The notes beneath the pieces were generated by a model. That model was not told the origin of the DNA. It ran no database searches and saw only the letters and a program-made list of their open reading frames with translations. From Candidatus Woesearchaeota archaeon (GTDB lineage: Archaea; Nanobdellota; Nanobdellia; Woesearchaeales; GW2011-AR4): a stretch of DNA of 64,000 nt. The stretch lies in assembly GCA_016184145.1 (NCBI GenBank), contig JACPDF010000022.1, forward strand, positions 1,542 to 65,541. The letters run 5' to 3'. The position numbers were made by a program, and so were the translations under genes. Position 1 is the first letter of the stretch. Every line of letters begins with the position of its first letter. Shown one piece after another: positions 9,439 to 19,299 of this stretch.

Positions 9439-11202
9439 TCAAATCCCCCAGACAGGATTTTTCTCCCTCATTATTGCTGCTATCTCCTTGAGAAGCTCTT
9501 TTTCCTCCTGGGTAAGGTGCTTTTTTAATTCTTTGAACTTCTTGAAGTCCTGTTCGGGAACAGCTGAATACAGGATATCATTCTCATTTATCTGCCTTCC
9601 TACCGTGACCCTTGGCAGGGAGATTGCCACTTGTTTGCCTCTTTCCGCCTTTTCCACATTCTCCTGGTCCTGCTGTATGCTTTTTACCTCTGTTATTTTA
9701 TTTCCATCTTTTTTCATTAACGGTGTGTTGACTTTCAAAGTTCCAAAAAGAACATCAACGCCTACAACAGCAGGGTTATTCTGCCTAAAGACATAGCCTT
9801 TCATGAGCTGGAGCTTGCATGGCCTCACCAATAAGTCTATCTCGCCAGTTTCCTGCTTTTTCCTTTCCTCTTCGCGCCATTTCTCAAAATCCTCTATCAA
9901 TTTATAGATGACGTTGTTTGTGATGACTTTGACGTTTTTAGGGACAGAAACACCAGGAACCAAGGAAGCATTAAAACCAAGAATTGCGCTCTGCAGAGGA
10001 TCCTGCTCATAGCTTATTTGGGCATCGGAAATGTCTTTTTTTGATATGCTGCCTATGGATGCCTTTTTTACATCAATATTTTTTTCTTTTAACAGTTTCA
10101 ACAACGCTTCCAAGCTTCCAAGAGAATCTGCCTTTATTACTATGCCCTGCAAGTCAGTTTTAACAATAACCTCTTCAACTTCCTTTTTGATCTCTTCTTT
10201 TACTTTCCCTGCGTCACTTGCATTGCAAGACCTTAATGGCATTCCTGACACGACCTCGTCAATTCCAGGCGCGACTATTTTGACGCCTGCTACCGCGCTT
10301 ACCTCCTTTACATTCTGGAATTTTGTCTTCTTGTCTTTCATGTCCTTCAGGGGCAATGGCTCCAAAAGGGTCTTTATTTTCGTGCCTATAGGCTCTGTTA
10401 AAGTTCCTATGACTATTACATCATTCTGCCTCAAGGTGCCATCATAGATTATGACATCGAGAGTTGTCCCTATCCCTTTTTCCTCCTTTACCTCTAGAAT
10501 TGTGCCTTTTGCATTGCCATCAACATTTATATTCAGCTTTTTTTCCAGATATCTTTGCGCCAAGCCGGTTAAAACCATCAGTAATTCCGGAATCCCTTCG
10601 CCTGTTTTTGCTGATGTGGGTATTATGGCAATCTGCTTTGTATAATCCTCAATCCTGTCAAACCTTTCTGAATTAAGGCCAAGCTCCGAGAGCTTTCCGA
10701 CCAATTCATAAAGCTTTGTATCAAGGATTTTTTGCACAGATTCCGGCTGGGAACTGACATTTTGGATAAGGAATATGCTTTTGCTCTGCCATCCCGGCAG
10801 CAGGTCAATTTTATTTAATGCAACAATAAAAGGGGTCTTATATTGCTTTAAGATCTCAATGCACTCCAAAGTCTGCGGCATAATGCCCTCATTCACATCC
10901 ACTACCAGAATAGCAATATCTGCCAGGTTTCCTCCCCTTTTCCTCAGGTTGGTAAAGGCTGCATGGCCCGGGCTATCAATAAACAATAATCCTGGGATTG
11001 TGATTGAAAGTTTCAATGTCTCGAGCAGTTTCCCGCATATTTTTTTAATTGTCGGGAGAGGTATGCTGCTGGAGCCTATATGCTGGGTTATTTTGCCTGC
11101 TTCTGTTTGAACTATAGAAGTGCTCCTAATAAAATCCTGCAAGCTTGTTTTTCCATGGTCTATATGACCTAAAAATGCCACTATTGGCTGCCTGATTTTC
11201 AT
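9439..11202 (-). CDS. infB: Translation initiation factor aIF5B/IF-2
   Basis: GTPase G1 motif AFLGHIDHGKTSL followed by the DSPGH region and long beta-barrel domains; 590-600 aa. Start chosen at MKIRQPIV (the annotated ORF extends 18 codons further upstream). Confidence 0.9.
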   Translation of the reverse strand: MKIRQPIVAFLGHIDHGKTSLQDFIRSTSIVQTEAGKITQHIGSSSIPLPTIKKICGKLLETLKLSITIPGLLFIDSPGHAAFTNLRKRGGNLADIAILVVDVNEGIMPQTLECIEILKQYKTPFIVALNKIDLLPGWQSKSIFLIQNVSSQPESVQKILDTKLYELVGKLSELGLNSERFDRIEDYTKQIAIIPTSAKTGEGIPELLMVLTGLAQRYLEKKLNINVDGNAKGTILEVKEEKGIGTTLDVIIYDGTLRQNDVIVIGTLTEPIGTKIKTLLEPLPLKDMKDKKTKFQNVKEVSAVAGVKIVAPGIDEVVSGMPLRSCNASDAGKVKEEIKKEVEEVIVKTDLQGIVIKADSLGSLEALLKLLKEKNIDVKKASIGSISKKDISDAQISYEQDPLQSAILGFNASLVPGVSVPKNVKVITNNVIYKLIEDFEKWREEERKKQETGEIDLLVRPCKLQLMKGYVFRQNNPAVVGVDVLFGTLKVNTPLMKKDGNKITEVKSIQQDQENVEKAERGKQVAISLPRVTVGRQINENDILYSAVPEQDFKKFKELKKHLTQEEKELLKEIAAIMREKNPVWGI

Positions 11203-11310
11203 AGCAAAAAGAAATGGAATTTGTTTTTTAAAGGTTGTTATATTTTTATAATACACTATAAAGCGCAGAAATGTTTATATATCACCAACACTTTATGATG
11301 CAAGGGTGTT

Positions 11311-11655
11311 TTGATGCAGAATCATAAAATCTTTTTTGCCATGGTTCTAGTTTTAGGGCTGATAGGAATGATAAGAAGCCCGGATTTTATTCCTGGAGAC
11401 ACTGATTTCATGCTTGTCAATGTCAATAACGAGGGCAGTGACGACATTGATAACTTGCAGGTCAAGGTTTTCATATATGATTTAGGGGTTGTGCTGCAGA
11501 CAGATGAATTTGACCTGGATGACCATGACGCAGAAGGAAAGCTTCTTTACTGGAGTGTTCCAAATGATGCAAAACCGGGAAATTACTGGGCTAGGATTAC
11601 TGTAAGCAACGATGATGTAAGGGAAGCAACTCACAGGATTGTTACAATAGCATAG
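11311..11655 (+). CDS. Small secreted hypothetical protein
   Basis: N-terminal hydrophobic signal-like segment (FFAMVLVLGLIGMI) followed by a beta-rich acidic domain. Confidence 0.45.
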   Translation: MMQNHKIFFAMVLVLGLIGMIRSPDFIPGDTDFMLVNVNNEGSDDIDNLQVKVFIYDLGVVLQTDEFDLDDHDAEGKLLYWSVPNDAKPGNYWARITVSNDDVREATHRIVTIA

Positions 11656-11742
11656 ATAGTATAATCCAAAAAGGCTTTTTTATTCTTGATTTGTTATTCT
11701 CCAATATTATCTTAATCAATAGTTTTTTATTTTGGGCTTAAT

Positions 11743-12828
11743 TTGTATTTTTATAAAATGCCTAAAAAGAATAATTTTCCTATGAGGAAGGTAAGAGAAG
11801 GCTCTGCCGAGGTATTCATACCGACAGAGGAAAAGATATCAAAAGAGCTTCCTGTGTTCTACAATCCTGCAATGAAATTAAACAGGGATATTTCCATACT
11901 ATTGTTGCAGCAATTTCCTTCTATGAATATATGCGATTTGCTGGCTGGAACCGGAATCAGGGCTATAAGGATGGCCAAGGAGCTAAAGCATAAATCAATA
12001 GCAGCCAATGACAACAGCAAAAAAGCATTTGAGCTGATAAAGGAAAATATGAGGCTAAATAAAGTAAAATTTAGCGTCCATAATGAGGATGCGAACAGGT
12101 TTTTGCTGAATTCAAAAGGATTTGATTATATCGATGTTGATCCTTTTGGCTCCTCAAATTTTTTCCTTGATGCCGCAGTAAAAAGGATTTCAAGGAACGG
12201 CATTTTGGCTGTGACGAACACAGACACAGCAGCCCTTACCGGGACTTACCCTAAAGCATGCATAAGGAAATACTGGGCTACGCCGAAAAGGGATTATATG
12301 ATGCACGAAACGGGCCTGAGGATTTTGATAAGGAGAGTGCAATTGATAGGAATGCAGTATGAAAAAGCCTTGATTCCGATATTTTCCTATTATAAGGACC
12401 ATTATCTGAGGATTTTCTTTAAATGCATTAAGGGAAAGAAGGAATGCGATAAAGTTGCAGAGCAGCATGGCGTGCTCAATAATGCCGGGCCTTTGTGGCT
12501 AGGCATATTATGGGACAAAAAATTAGCCGACAAAATTTATCGTAAAACAATAGGAAATAAAATAATAAAAATCAATGATAATAAAAGCTATGATGAGCTG
12601 TTGAAATTCCTGAAAATAATAAAAGAAGAGTCAAAAATAAATGCTGCAGGATTTCATGATATACATGAGGCAGCAAAGGAAAAAAAATTAAAAGTGCTGA
12701 TGAAGAAAGAAGATTTAATCAGGAAAATAAGGAAGATAGGCTATAAGGCTGCTTCCACCCATTTTTCAGGGACGGGAATAAGGACGGATATTGACTACAA
12801 GAGATTTTTAGCCCTGTTAAAGGGATAG
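11743..12828 (+). CDS. trm1: tRNA (guanine26-N2)-dimethyltransferase Trm1
   Basis: REGSAEVFIP...PVFYNPAMKLNRDISIL...DLLAGTGIRAIRMA pattern and a length of about 360 aa match archaeal Trm1. Confidence 0.85.
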   Translation: MYFYKMPKKNNFPMRKVREGSAEVFIPTEEKISKELPVFYNPAMKLNRDISILLLQQFPSMNICDLLAGTGIRAIRMAKELKHKSIAANDNSKKAFELIKENMRLNKVKFSVHNEDANRFLLNSKGFDYIDVDPFGSSNFFLDAAVKRISRNGILAVTNTDTAALTGTYPKACIRKYWATPKRDYMMHETGLRILIRRVQLIGMQYEKALIPIFSYYKDHYLRIFFKCIKGKKECDKVAEQHGVLNNAGPLWLGILWDKKLADKIYRKTIGNKIIKINDNKSYDELLKFLKIIKEESKINAAGFHDIHEAAKEKKLKVLMKKEDLIRKIRKIGYKAASTHFSGTGIRTDIDYKRFLALLKG

Positions 12829-12876
12829 ATTTTTATAGCCAACTAGCCGAATATACATAAAAAGTGTTTAGTTCGT

Positions 12877-13683
12877 TTGGATATAGCAAGATTTTTTGCT
12901 GAAAAAATGAAACATAAAACGATATCCAATGATAAAACGACCAATTATATTATATTGTTTCTTGTTATTGTTGTGATTGCGGGTATTGCTGTTTCTATTG
13001 CGAATAAAAAGGAAGCCAAAACCGCGGAAAAGACAGAAGAAAGCGCAGGATCAGGGTTTCTTGATGTAGACGCCTCTCCAAGCAATGCGCACATATTTTT
13101 GGATAATGAATACGTGGGAGAAAGCCCAACTGTTTTGTACAATATTCCAGCAGGGCAGCATGAAGTTGCAATAAAAAAAGACGGCTATGAGGATTTTACA
13201 ATTAATGTCGAAATTGAGGCTGGAAAAAAGGCCTTTATCCAGGCTGAGCTAGCGCAAATACAGGTTTTGGAAGAAAAAGAAGAAATCCAGGAAACGGCAG
13301 GAGAAGAAAAAATTGAGGAAGAGTTGGGGAAAGAAACACCAACAACCGAAAGCACAGTAAATGTCGGAAACAGAATTTTGCTATATTATGATTTTAGCGA
13401 GAAAAAATTTACAGACAACAGGCAGCAAGGCTCAGATGTTTTCTCAAAAAGGTTTGACACCTACCTATTATTTACAAGGTATAATCCTGTGAATATCAAG
13501 GTTGTTGATAAAAGCATTGACAGCATCAAAAAGGAAGATTGCGCTGACATAAATGATGAAATAGGATACCTGCATTCCGGACAGAGCTTATGCATTGTTA
13601 CAAAAGAGAGTGGAATGGTGGCATTAGGCGGCGAGTGGGATAAAACAGAAAATGCGGAATTGGAATGGAAAATGCTTAATTAG
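12877..13683 (+). CDS. Membrane-anchored PEGA domain protein
   Basis: N-terminal TM helix followed by a PEGA-like beta domain (FLDVDASPSNAHIFLDNEYVGESPTVLYNIPAGQHEVAIKKDGYEDF). Confidence 0.6.
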   Translation: MDIARFFAEKMKHKTISNDKTTNYIILFLVIVVIAGIAVSIANKKEAKTAEKTEESAGSGFLDVDASPSNAHIFLDNEYVGESPTVLYNIPAGQHEVAIKKDGYEDFTINVEIEAGKKAFIQAELAQIQVLEEKEEIQETAGEEKIEEELGKETPTTESTVNVGNRILLYYDFSEKKFTDNRQQGSDVFSKRFDTYLLFTRYNPVNIKVVDKSIDSIKKEDCADINDEIGYLHSGQSLCIVTKESGMVALGGEWDKTENAELEWKMLN

Positions 13684-13976
13684 CCAACAGCCCTTCTTAC
13701 ATCTATTGTCTCTACGGAATTGACGCCTTCTATGCTTCTTAAGTCTTCTTCCAAAGCATCTGGGGAACCTTTGCTTTCGTCCATGACAAAGGTTATCTTT
13801 AATGCTTTAAGACCGAAGGCTATCGGCTCCTGCTCAGATTTCATTTCCTTGCTGCCAGAAAAAGACTTTATTTTTTCCCTAGACTCTTTTTCTATGCTGT
13901 CCAAATCAATATCTGGAGATTGAGGCATTATCCTTATTGTAGCCACAACACGCGCCATTTTAGTTTGGACCTTCAA
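13680..13976 (-). CDS. Elongation factor 1-beta (aEF-1beta)
   Basis: ARVVATIRIMPQSPDIDLDSI... and a length of about 90-98 aa are typical of archaeal EF-1beta. Confidence 0.8.
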   Translation of the reverse strand: MKVQTKMARVVATIRIMPQSPDIDLDSIEKESREKIKSFSGSKEMKSEQEPIAFGLKALKITFVMDESKGSPDALEEDLRSIEGVNSVETIDVRRAVG

Positions 13977-14136
13977 AATTACAACTGGAGCAGGTGTATT
14001 TAGCTGCTATTTGCCTGCAGTGCATGCACCTTATTATTTCTGTCTTGCCGCAAGCAGGGCAGCTGAACTTTGTCGTGCCTTTTGAACTTGCAATATCCTT
14101 CCTGCATGATGAGCATACTAATTTCTGGTTTGCCAT
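13960..14136 (-). CDS. Zn-ribbon protein (COG2888-like), conserved partner of aEF-1beta
   Basis: Four CxxC pairs (CSSC, CPAC, CMHC, CSSC). Start taken at MANQKL. Adjacency with the EF-1beta gene is the classical archaeal arrangement. Confidence 0.65.
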   Translation of the reverse strand: MANQKLVCSSCRKDIASSKGTTKFSCPACGKTEIIRCMHCRQIAAKYTCSSCNFEGPN

Positions 14137-14218
14137 GGTTTTTTGGAATAAAGGCGTGTTTATAAAGCTTATTGTTTGGTATTTTATTGTTGTTTTTAAC
14201 ATTATAATTATTCATTTT

Positions 14219-14300
14219 AATTCTAGGCTCGGCGCATTACGGCCTCGCATTTAGTGGGATGTACAACATTAAGAACACGTTCGCATTGTCCCGTGATTAA
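14219..14300. repeat. Intergenic repeat family R1, copy 1 (aattctaggctcggcgcattacggcct...cattaagaacacgttcgca)
   Basis: A 27-nt block and a 20-nt block are near-identical to 26640..26722. Confidence 0.8.
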
Positions 14301-14332
14301 ATATCTTTGTTTAACGAACCTAGCGAACATAC

Positions 14333-15430
14333 CTAATTTATTGCAGAAATGATGTTTTCCTCTTCATTTATTTCAAAAGTTTTCCCAAAAAATTTTTCTA
14401 TTGCGTAAATGTTTGTTTTTGCATGGCTAGTTATTGATGAGGTTCTAATTGCGCTATTGCCTACTAGGACCATGAATTTTAATATCTGGTCCGCAAGGTG
14501 CTTATCAGCAGCAGCTTTGCTCTCTATCTCCCTAATTAGATTATTTGCCGTCTCTGCCCCTACAATTTCAGCTTTCTTTCCTCTTTCTCCTAAGGCATCT
14601 GCCCCTAGCCTTATGGGATTCCATATATTAATTTCGTCCTTATTTTTCGAAAAAATTGCCCATATGGTTATTCCTGAGCCAGTTGACAATGCCTCATTAT
14701 ACTCAATCTGGATATTTACGGGACAGCCATAATTCTTTAAGCATATTTCTGCGGATTTTGCCTGCCGCTCCGCGACATTTGCATTCTGCAAATCCGCAGA
14801 TGCATGGGATATGCCTTTTATTTGAATCAAATGCCCTTGCTCCATCAGGCTGATTTTCGGGGCATTTTCTTTTAGATAGTTATGGAATTCTTCAAAATTA
14901 TTGAAATCTGATATTTTGTATTTTGGCTTTATTTTTAATTCCACCCTGCCATTGCCTTTTGGGTAATAGCCGCGCTTGAGCAATCTGCATTCTATGCTTG
15001 CATATTTCTGCAGCTGGGGCAAAAAAACTTCTTTGAAATAGTCTATCGGAGCTGCCCATTTTCCGTCTGTGCCTCCAGTTATATTTAACTTTACAGGCTT
15101 GTTTGCAAACATTGACGGCAGCAAAATTGACTGCAAAAAAAGAGAAATACTTCCAGCGGTTTGGATGTCTATTTCTATTGTTTTTCCTTCTATTTTTCCA
15201 GGGGAGTATCTTAGCCTTGTAGAGCCCAAGTAAGCTCCTTCTGCCTTTGCATTGCATAATTTTTCCAGGGCTTTTATGCAGAATAAATGCTGGCTCTTAA
15301 GGCCTGGCTGCGGCCTGTTTTTCCTTATATCAGCTATTTCAAAGGGCTTTTGGGTTATTGTTGACAAAGCAAGAGCTACGCGGGCTATTGAGCCGCCTCC
15401 TTCAAGATACGAACCATCCAATTCAATCAT
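14333..15430 (-). CDS. rtcA: RNA 3'-terminal phosphate cyclase
   Basis: N-terminus IELDGSYLEGGGSIARVALALSTITQKPFEI... with a length of about 365 aa. Confidence 0.85.
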   Translation of the reverse strand: MIELDGSYLEGGGSIARVALALSTITQKPFEIADIRKNRPQPGLKSQHLFCIKALEKLCNAKAEGAYLGSTRLRYSPGKIEGKTIEIDIQTAGSISLFLQSILLPSMFANKPVKLNITGGTDGKWAAPIDYFKEVFLPQLQKYASIECRLLKRGYYPKGNGRVELKIKPKYKISDFNNFEEFHNYLKENAPKISLMEQGHLIQIKGISHASADLQNANVAERQAKSAEICLKNYGCPVNIQIEYNEALSTGSGITIWAIFSKNKDEINIWNPIRLGADALGERGKKAEIVGAETANNLIREIESKAAADKHLADQILKFMVLVGNSAIRTSSITSHAKTNIYAIEKFFGKTFEINEEENIISAIN

Positions 15431-15483
15431 AGAAAAGGGGGAAAAGAGTTGTTATATAAAAAATTATTATATAAAATTATCAG

Positions 15484-15750
15484 TTAAATTTTCTCTATAT
15501 CAGCTAGTGTACTATCAATATCTTCCAGACCAGATGAGTCGAGCTCATTTTCCGCATTATTTATGCCGGAAATTCCAGCTGCTACATCATCAGCAGGCGT
15601 TTCCACTACAACAGGCGGAGAAGGCGCTGGAGGAGGAGGTGTTGGAGCTTTAACCTCAGGCTGCTTGGCAGCGCATCCTACAAACAGAAATAATGATAAA
15701 ATCATTAAAACAGCAATTGTAATAATTGTAAAATTCTTAGTCATTGACAA
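15484..15750 (-). CDS. Small secreted lipoprotein-like protein, Pro-rich
   Basis: Signal peptide ending in the lipobox-like LFLFVGC, followed by a PTPPPPAPSPP linker. Confidence 0.5.
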   Translation of the reverse strand: MSMTKNFTIITIAVLMILSLFLFVGCAAKQPEVKAPTPPPPAPSPPVVVETPADDVAAGISGINNAENELDSSGLEDIDSTLADIEKI

Positions 15751-15856
15751 ACACCCCTTCTTGGTATATTAACCATAATTAACTATATTCCTAAGAGGAG
15801 TTATATTTAAATCTTTCTGTGGCGTTTAATATTAAAAATAAAAAAAATGAAGAAGA

Positions 15857-17221
15857 CTATTCCTCATCTTCTTCTTCAACTTCTACAGTCTCATTAGCAT
15901 CTATCTCAAGCTCATGCCCTGCTTCCCTTATTTTTTCCACTATGTCCTTAAGCTTTTCGTGTGCATCTTTCAATGAACTCCTTGCATCCTTAAGCAGGGA
16001 TCTGGCATCATCAACAAGATCCTTCTGGGTCTCCCTGTCAGTAGCGTTTATTGCCTGTCTGAGCTTTTCCTGTGCCTGGTTAAGGCTGTCTTTTGCATTC
16101 TGAACAAGAGTGCTAAAAGCTGCTACTTCTGCGTCGACATCTACCTCAATGCTCTGCGCTTCCATTTTTTCCAAGGCTACATCAAGCTTCTTCTCAAGCA
16201 CTTCTGCTCGATTTAAAGCCACTTCAACTCTTGCCGCAACAACCCTTTCGGCAAATGCCCTTGCTTTATGCTCGATTTCTTTCCATGCCCTCCTAAGCTC
16301 TTTTGCCGCTGTTTTTAGCTCGTCTTTTGTCTCTGCCGCTTGTATTTTCTCCTTTATTGCTGCAATTTCCGCAATCTGGTTGTCTATCTTTTCCACAAGT
16401 TGGGCGGCAGTTTCGTCGCTTATGTGCTCATTTTCTTCTATCTTTGCCTTTATCCTTTCAAGATGCTCGATAATAGAATCCGCCGAGCTCAACAATACCT
16501 CCTTTGCATGCTCTAATGCAGTTTCTTCATCGCCTGATTCCTTTGCAGCAAGATACCTTTCTCTTGCATTTTGGTATTTTTCCCTTGCATTTTCATATCT
16601 TTCCCTTGCTTTCTCGAAGTTTTCCCTCGCAACTTCTATTTTCTGCCTTGTGAGGACTCTTTCCCTTAGGTCTTCAGCAGTCCTTACCTGCCTCACCCTT
16701 ATTTCTCTTAGCTTTTCTTTAATCTCTGTCTTATTCATTCCTGCGAGCTCTGCCTGCCTTGCCCTTGAAAGCGCAGCCAGCTTTTCTACCTCATCCTTGT
16801 CAAGTCCTGCAATCTTATCTATAGCAACATTACTTAGAGCTTCAAGCCTTCTTAGCTTCTCAGGATCCTGGATTCTCAGCTTTTCCTTAAGCTCTTCCCT
16901 CCTCTCCGTAAATCTCTTCCTGATTTCTTCCTTTGTCATTGATGTAGCATTTCTTTTTTCCAAACTGCTTCTTATCTCTACCTTGTTTTCGTCTTCATCA
17001 ACTTTTACTTCTGTTTCTAGCCTTATATTATTGTCAGCATTATCCCCAGCAGCCGTATTTACTTCTATCTTATTATCTCCAGAATCACTTTGACCTTCAT
17101 CTGCAACTGCTATCGGCACTAAACTTATCAAAAACAGCGCCGCAACAAATAATGATATTAATTTTTTTTCAAAATTCTTCGAATTTTGCAAGCCTTTATT
17201 CAACAGTTTCATTTTTTCCAC
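15857..17221 (-). CDS. Secreted coiled-coil protein (454 aa, E/K/R/A-rich)
   Basis: N-terminal signal/TM segment (LISLFVAALFLISLVPIAVA) followed by long heptad-like charged repeats. The antisense 16110..17093 ORF is rejected. Confidence 0.6.
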   Translation of the reverse strand: MEKMKLLNKGLQNSKNFEKKLISLFVAALFLISLVPIAVADEGQSDSGDNKIEVNTAAGDNADNNIRLETEVKVDEDENKVEIRSSLEKRNATSMTKEEIRKRFTERREELKEKLRIQDPEKLRRLEALSNVAIDKIAGLDKDEVEKLAALSRARQAELAGMNKTEIKEKLREIRVRQVRTAEDLRERVLTRQKIEVARENFEKARERYENAREKYQNARERYLAAKESGDEETALEHAKEVLLSSADSIIEHLERIKAKIEENEHISDETAAQLVEKIDNQIAEIAAIKEKIQAAETKDELKTAAKELRRAWKEIEHKARAFAERVVAARVEVALNRAEVLEKKLDVALEKMEAQSIEVDVDAEVAAFSTLVQNAKDSLNQAQEKLRQAINATDRETQKDLVDDARSLLKDARSSLKDAHEKLKDIVEKIREAGHELEIDANETVEVEEEDEE

Positions 17222-17485
17222 CTCAAATGGTTTTATTTCTTGAATTTTAGATTATTTATTTGGCAAATGCCAACAGGTGTATAGACTAATTTATTTATAA
17301 ACATGCTTTTTTAGTCTGAAAATTAAGGGTTTTTAAGAAATTTTAATACTTTACAAAGCTTTATCTAATCTTTTTATTGAAAAAGAAGCCCGTTTAGAGC
17401 TTTAAACCAAAAAATGGGTTTAATTTTATTTTTTAGACTAACGGGATTATAAAAATTTAAATACACCTTACACTTTTTTGATGTT

Positions 17486-18211
17486 ATGGATGCTTTAATC
17501 AGGGGATTTTTGTTGGCTGCAGTGCTGTCTTTGTTTTCCAATATTGCGATTGCTGCGAATGTGCATGGCAATATCTATGATTTGTCGCTGAACAAAGTTT
17601 CCGGTGCAAGGGTTGTTGTTAATACAACTCCGGAGCAGTTTATGGTGTCTAAGGATGGAAGCTACTCATTTGATGCTCCAAACGGATTCTATGCAATTAG
17701 AGCAGAGTTAAGGCAGGATGGCACTGTTGCTTCAGAGAGCAGAAACATATCAATAAGCCAGGAAGGAAAGTATGTGATTGACCTTATATTGTTCCCGAGC
17801 TTTGATGAAGAGGATGATATTTCGAGGGAGCCAGAGCTAAGCTTTCCTGAAACGGAGAATGGGAGTTTTACGCCATTTATTATTATTTTATTTCTCGTTA
17901 TACTTGCTATAGTGATCTTTGTCATTTTCAAAGGCAAAAAAGAAAGCATGAAAGGAAGTGGTGAAGGAAGTGGCGAGAATGTCCATACTGAAGAAAAAGA
18001 AAAGGACAAAAAAGAGGATGATTCAGATCTGGATAAGGTTATTGAGGTAATAAAAAAGGAAGGCGGAAGGACGACACAGAAGGAGATAAGGAAGCAAATT
18101 CCTGTGTCAGAAGCCAAGATAAGTCTGATGATAGCCGAGCTTGAGCACAAGGGCATTATCAGGAAAATCAAGAAGGGAAGGGGAAATATTATAGTCTTGG
18201 AGAAGAAATAG
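17486..18211 (+). CDS. Single-pass membrane protein: extracellular CarbopepD_reg-like beta-sandwich, TM helix, cytoplasmic winged-helix DNA-binding domain
   Basis: Signal peptide, a GARVVVNTT...DGSYSFDAPNGFYAIRA beta-sandwich pattern, the TM helix FIIILFLVILAIVIFVIF, and the C-terminal RTTQKEIRKQIPVSEAKISLMIAELEHKGIIRK wHTH. Confidence 0.55.
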   Translation: MDALIRGFLLAAVLSLFSNIAIAANVHGNIYDLSLNKVSGARVVVNTTPEQFMVSKDGSYSFDAPNGFYAIRAELRQDGTVASESRNISISQEGKYVIDLILFPSFDEEDDISREPELSFPETENGSFTPFIIILFLVILAIVIFVIFKGKKESMKGSGEGSGENVHTEEKEKDKKEDDSDLDKVIEVIKKEGGRTTQKEIRKQIPVSEAKISLMIAELEHKGIIRKIKKGRGNIIVLEKK

Positions 18212-18260
18212 CCTGAAAGCAAAAACCTTATAAATCCATGCTCATTTAAGCTCAATTGGG

Positions 18261-19064
18261 GTGTGGTGTTTGTCAGCTGAAAAAGAGATAGTCAACTTCT
18301 GGCTCAATAGTAAGGGCTATTTTACTTTAGGCAATGTCAAAAGCCATAACAGGGATATAGGGATTCTGGCCTTAAAGTTTGACAAAGGGAGCTTAATCAG
18401 GGCAATACATGTGGAGGTATGCTGCTCAATAACAGGCTTCATCGACCAAAACCACATTTTTGAGAAAATAATATTTGAAAAATTTAATGATAAAAACATC
18501 ACAGATGCAATAAACAAATACACAAAAGATACCGGGAGAGAAGAGGATATAGAGAATGTTATTGTCCTTAATTCACTGCCAAAAGAAATGGATGCTATAA
18601 CAAAAAAATTCGAGAAAAACAATATTGCATTGTTTGAGTTTGAGGACATTCTTGCTGATGTGATGAAAGGCCTTAAGACAGAGTACTTCAAGGATGATGT
18701 CGTAAGGACAATGCAGATTGTGAAATACCTTCTGATAGCAAATCCCAAAAAGCTTGTTGATGTCTTGTATGCTGGCTTAAGCCCCTCAAAAAGAAAGGAG
18801 TTTATTGCAGAGCTATTGGGCAGGGATGAGATAATCAAGGAGTTCAAGAAAACAAATGAAGAGAGGCTGGCAATGATATTAAAGCAGGCAATGATCAAGC
18901 CGGAAAGGCTTGCTGAGATGCTTGAGAAAGATATTCTGAACAAAAGAACCAGAAAACCATTCATCGCCTCATTGATCGAGCAGGAAAAAACAGGAAGAGC
19001 TTATAAGAAAGGGATGACAATTAAGAAAGAGACTCCACTAAATAAATTTTTTGCGCGAGAATAA
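18261..19064 (+). CDS. Hypothetical protein with an N-terminal restriction-endonuclease-like (PD-(D/E)xK-like) fold, possibly inactive
   Basis: EKEIVNFWLNSKGYFTL...RDIGILALK...IRAIHVEVCCS resembles Hjc/NucS-type core strands, but the expected Lys is replaced (EVC). The rest of the protein is alpha-helical. Confidence 0.3.
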   Translation: MWCLSAEKEIVNFWLNSKGYFTLGNVKSHNRDIGILALKFDKGSLIRAIHVEVCCSITGFIDQNHIFEKIIFEKFNDKNITDAINKYTKDTGREEDIENVIVLNSLPKEMDAITKKFEKNNIALFEFEDILADVMKGLKTEYFKDDVVRTMQIVKYLLIANPKKLVDVLYAGLSPSKRKEFIAELLGRDEIIKEFKKTNEERLAMILKQAMIKPERLAEMLEKDILNKRTRKPFIASLIEQEKTGRAYKKGMTIKKETPLNKFFARE

Positions 19065-19085
19065 ATAAGGATAAAAAAGATAAAA

Positions 19086-19277
19086 ATGGATAAAAACCAA
19101 TCTTTAATGCTGGCAGCAGTTATTTTTGGCGTTATAGCTTTGTTGCAGTTAATAAGGGCTGTTTTTGGATGGCAAGCTGTAATTGAAAATTTTAATGTCC
19201 CTGTTTACTTTAGCTATATCGCGTTTATTGCAGCCGGCTACCTGTCATGGCATATGTATAATGCAAGCAAGAAATAA
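19086..19277 (+). CDS. Small membrane protein (63 aa, two TM helices)
   Basis: Hydrophobic helices LMLAAVIFGVIALLQLI and YFSYIAFIAAGYLSW. Confidence 0.4.
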   Translation: MDKNQSLMLAAVIFGVIALLQLIRAVFGWQAVIENFNVPVYFSYIAFIAAGYLSWHMYNASKK

Positions 19278-19299
19278 TTTATTATTTGGTTAAAATAAT

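Noticed and set aside
10031-11110. Several 60-140 aa plus-strand ORFs
   Set aside because: All lie antisense to the aIF5B gene, which is strongly supported.
16110-17093. 327-aa plus-strand Ser/Ala/Leu-rich ORF
   Set aside because: Antisense shadow of the 454-aa coiled-coil gene (15857..17221). The composition mirrors the sense-strand GAA/GCA/AAG codons.
18317-18964. 215-aa minus-strand ORF
   Set aside because: Antisense to the 18261..19064 ORF, which has the better start context and non-repetitive composition. Neither is strongly supported, so only the plus-strand ORF is listed.
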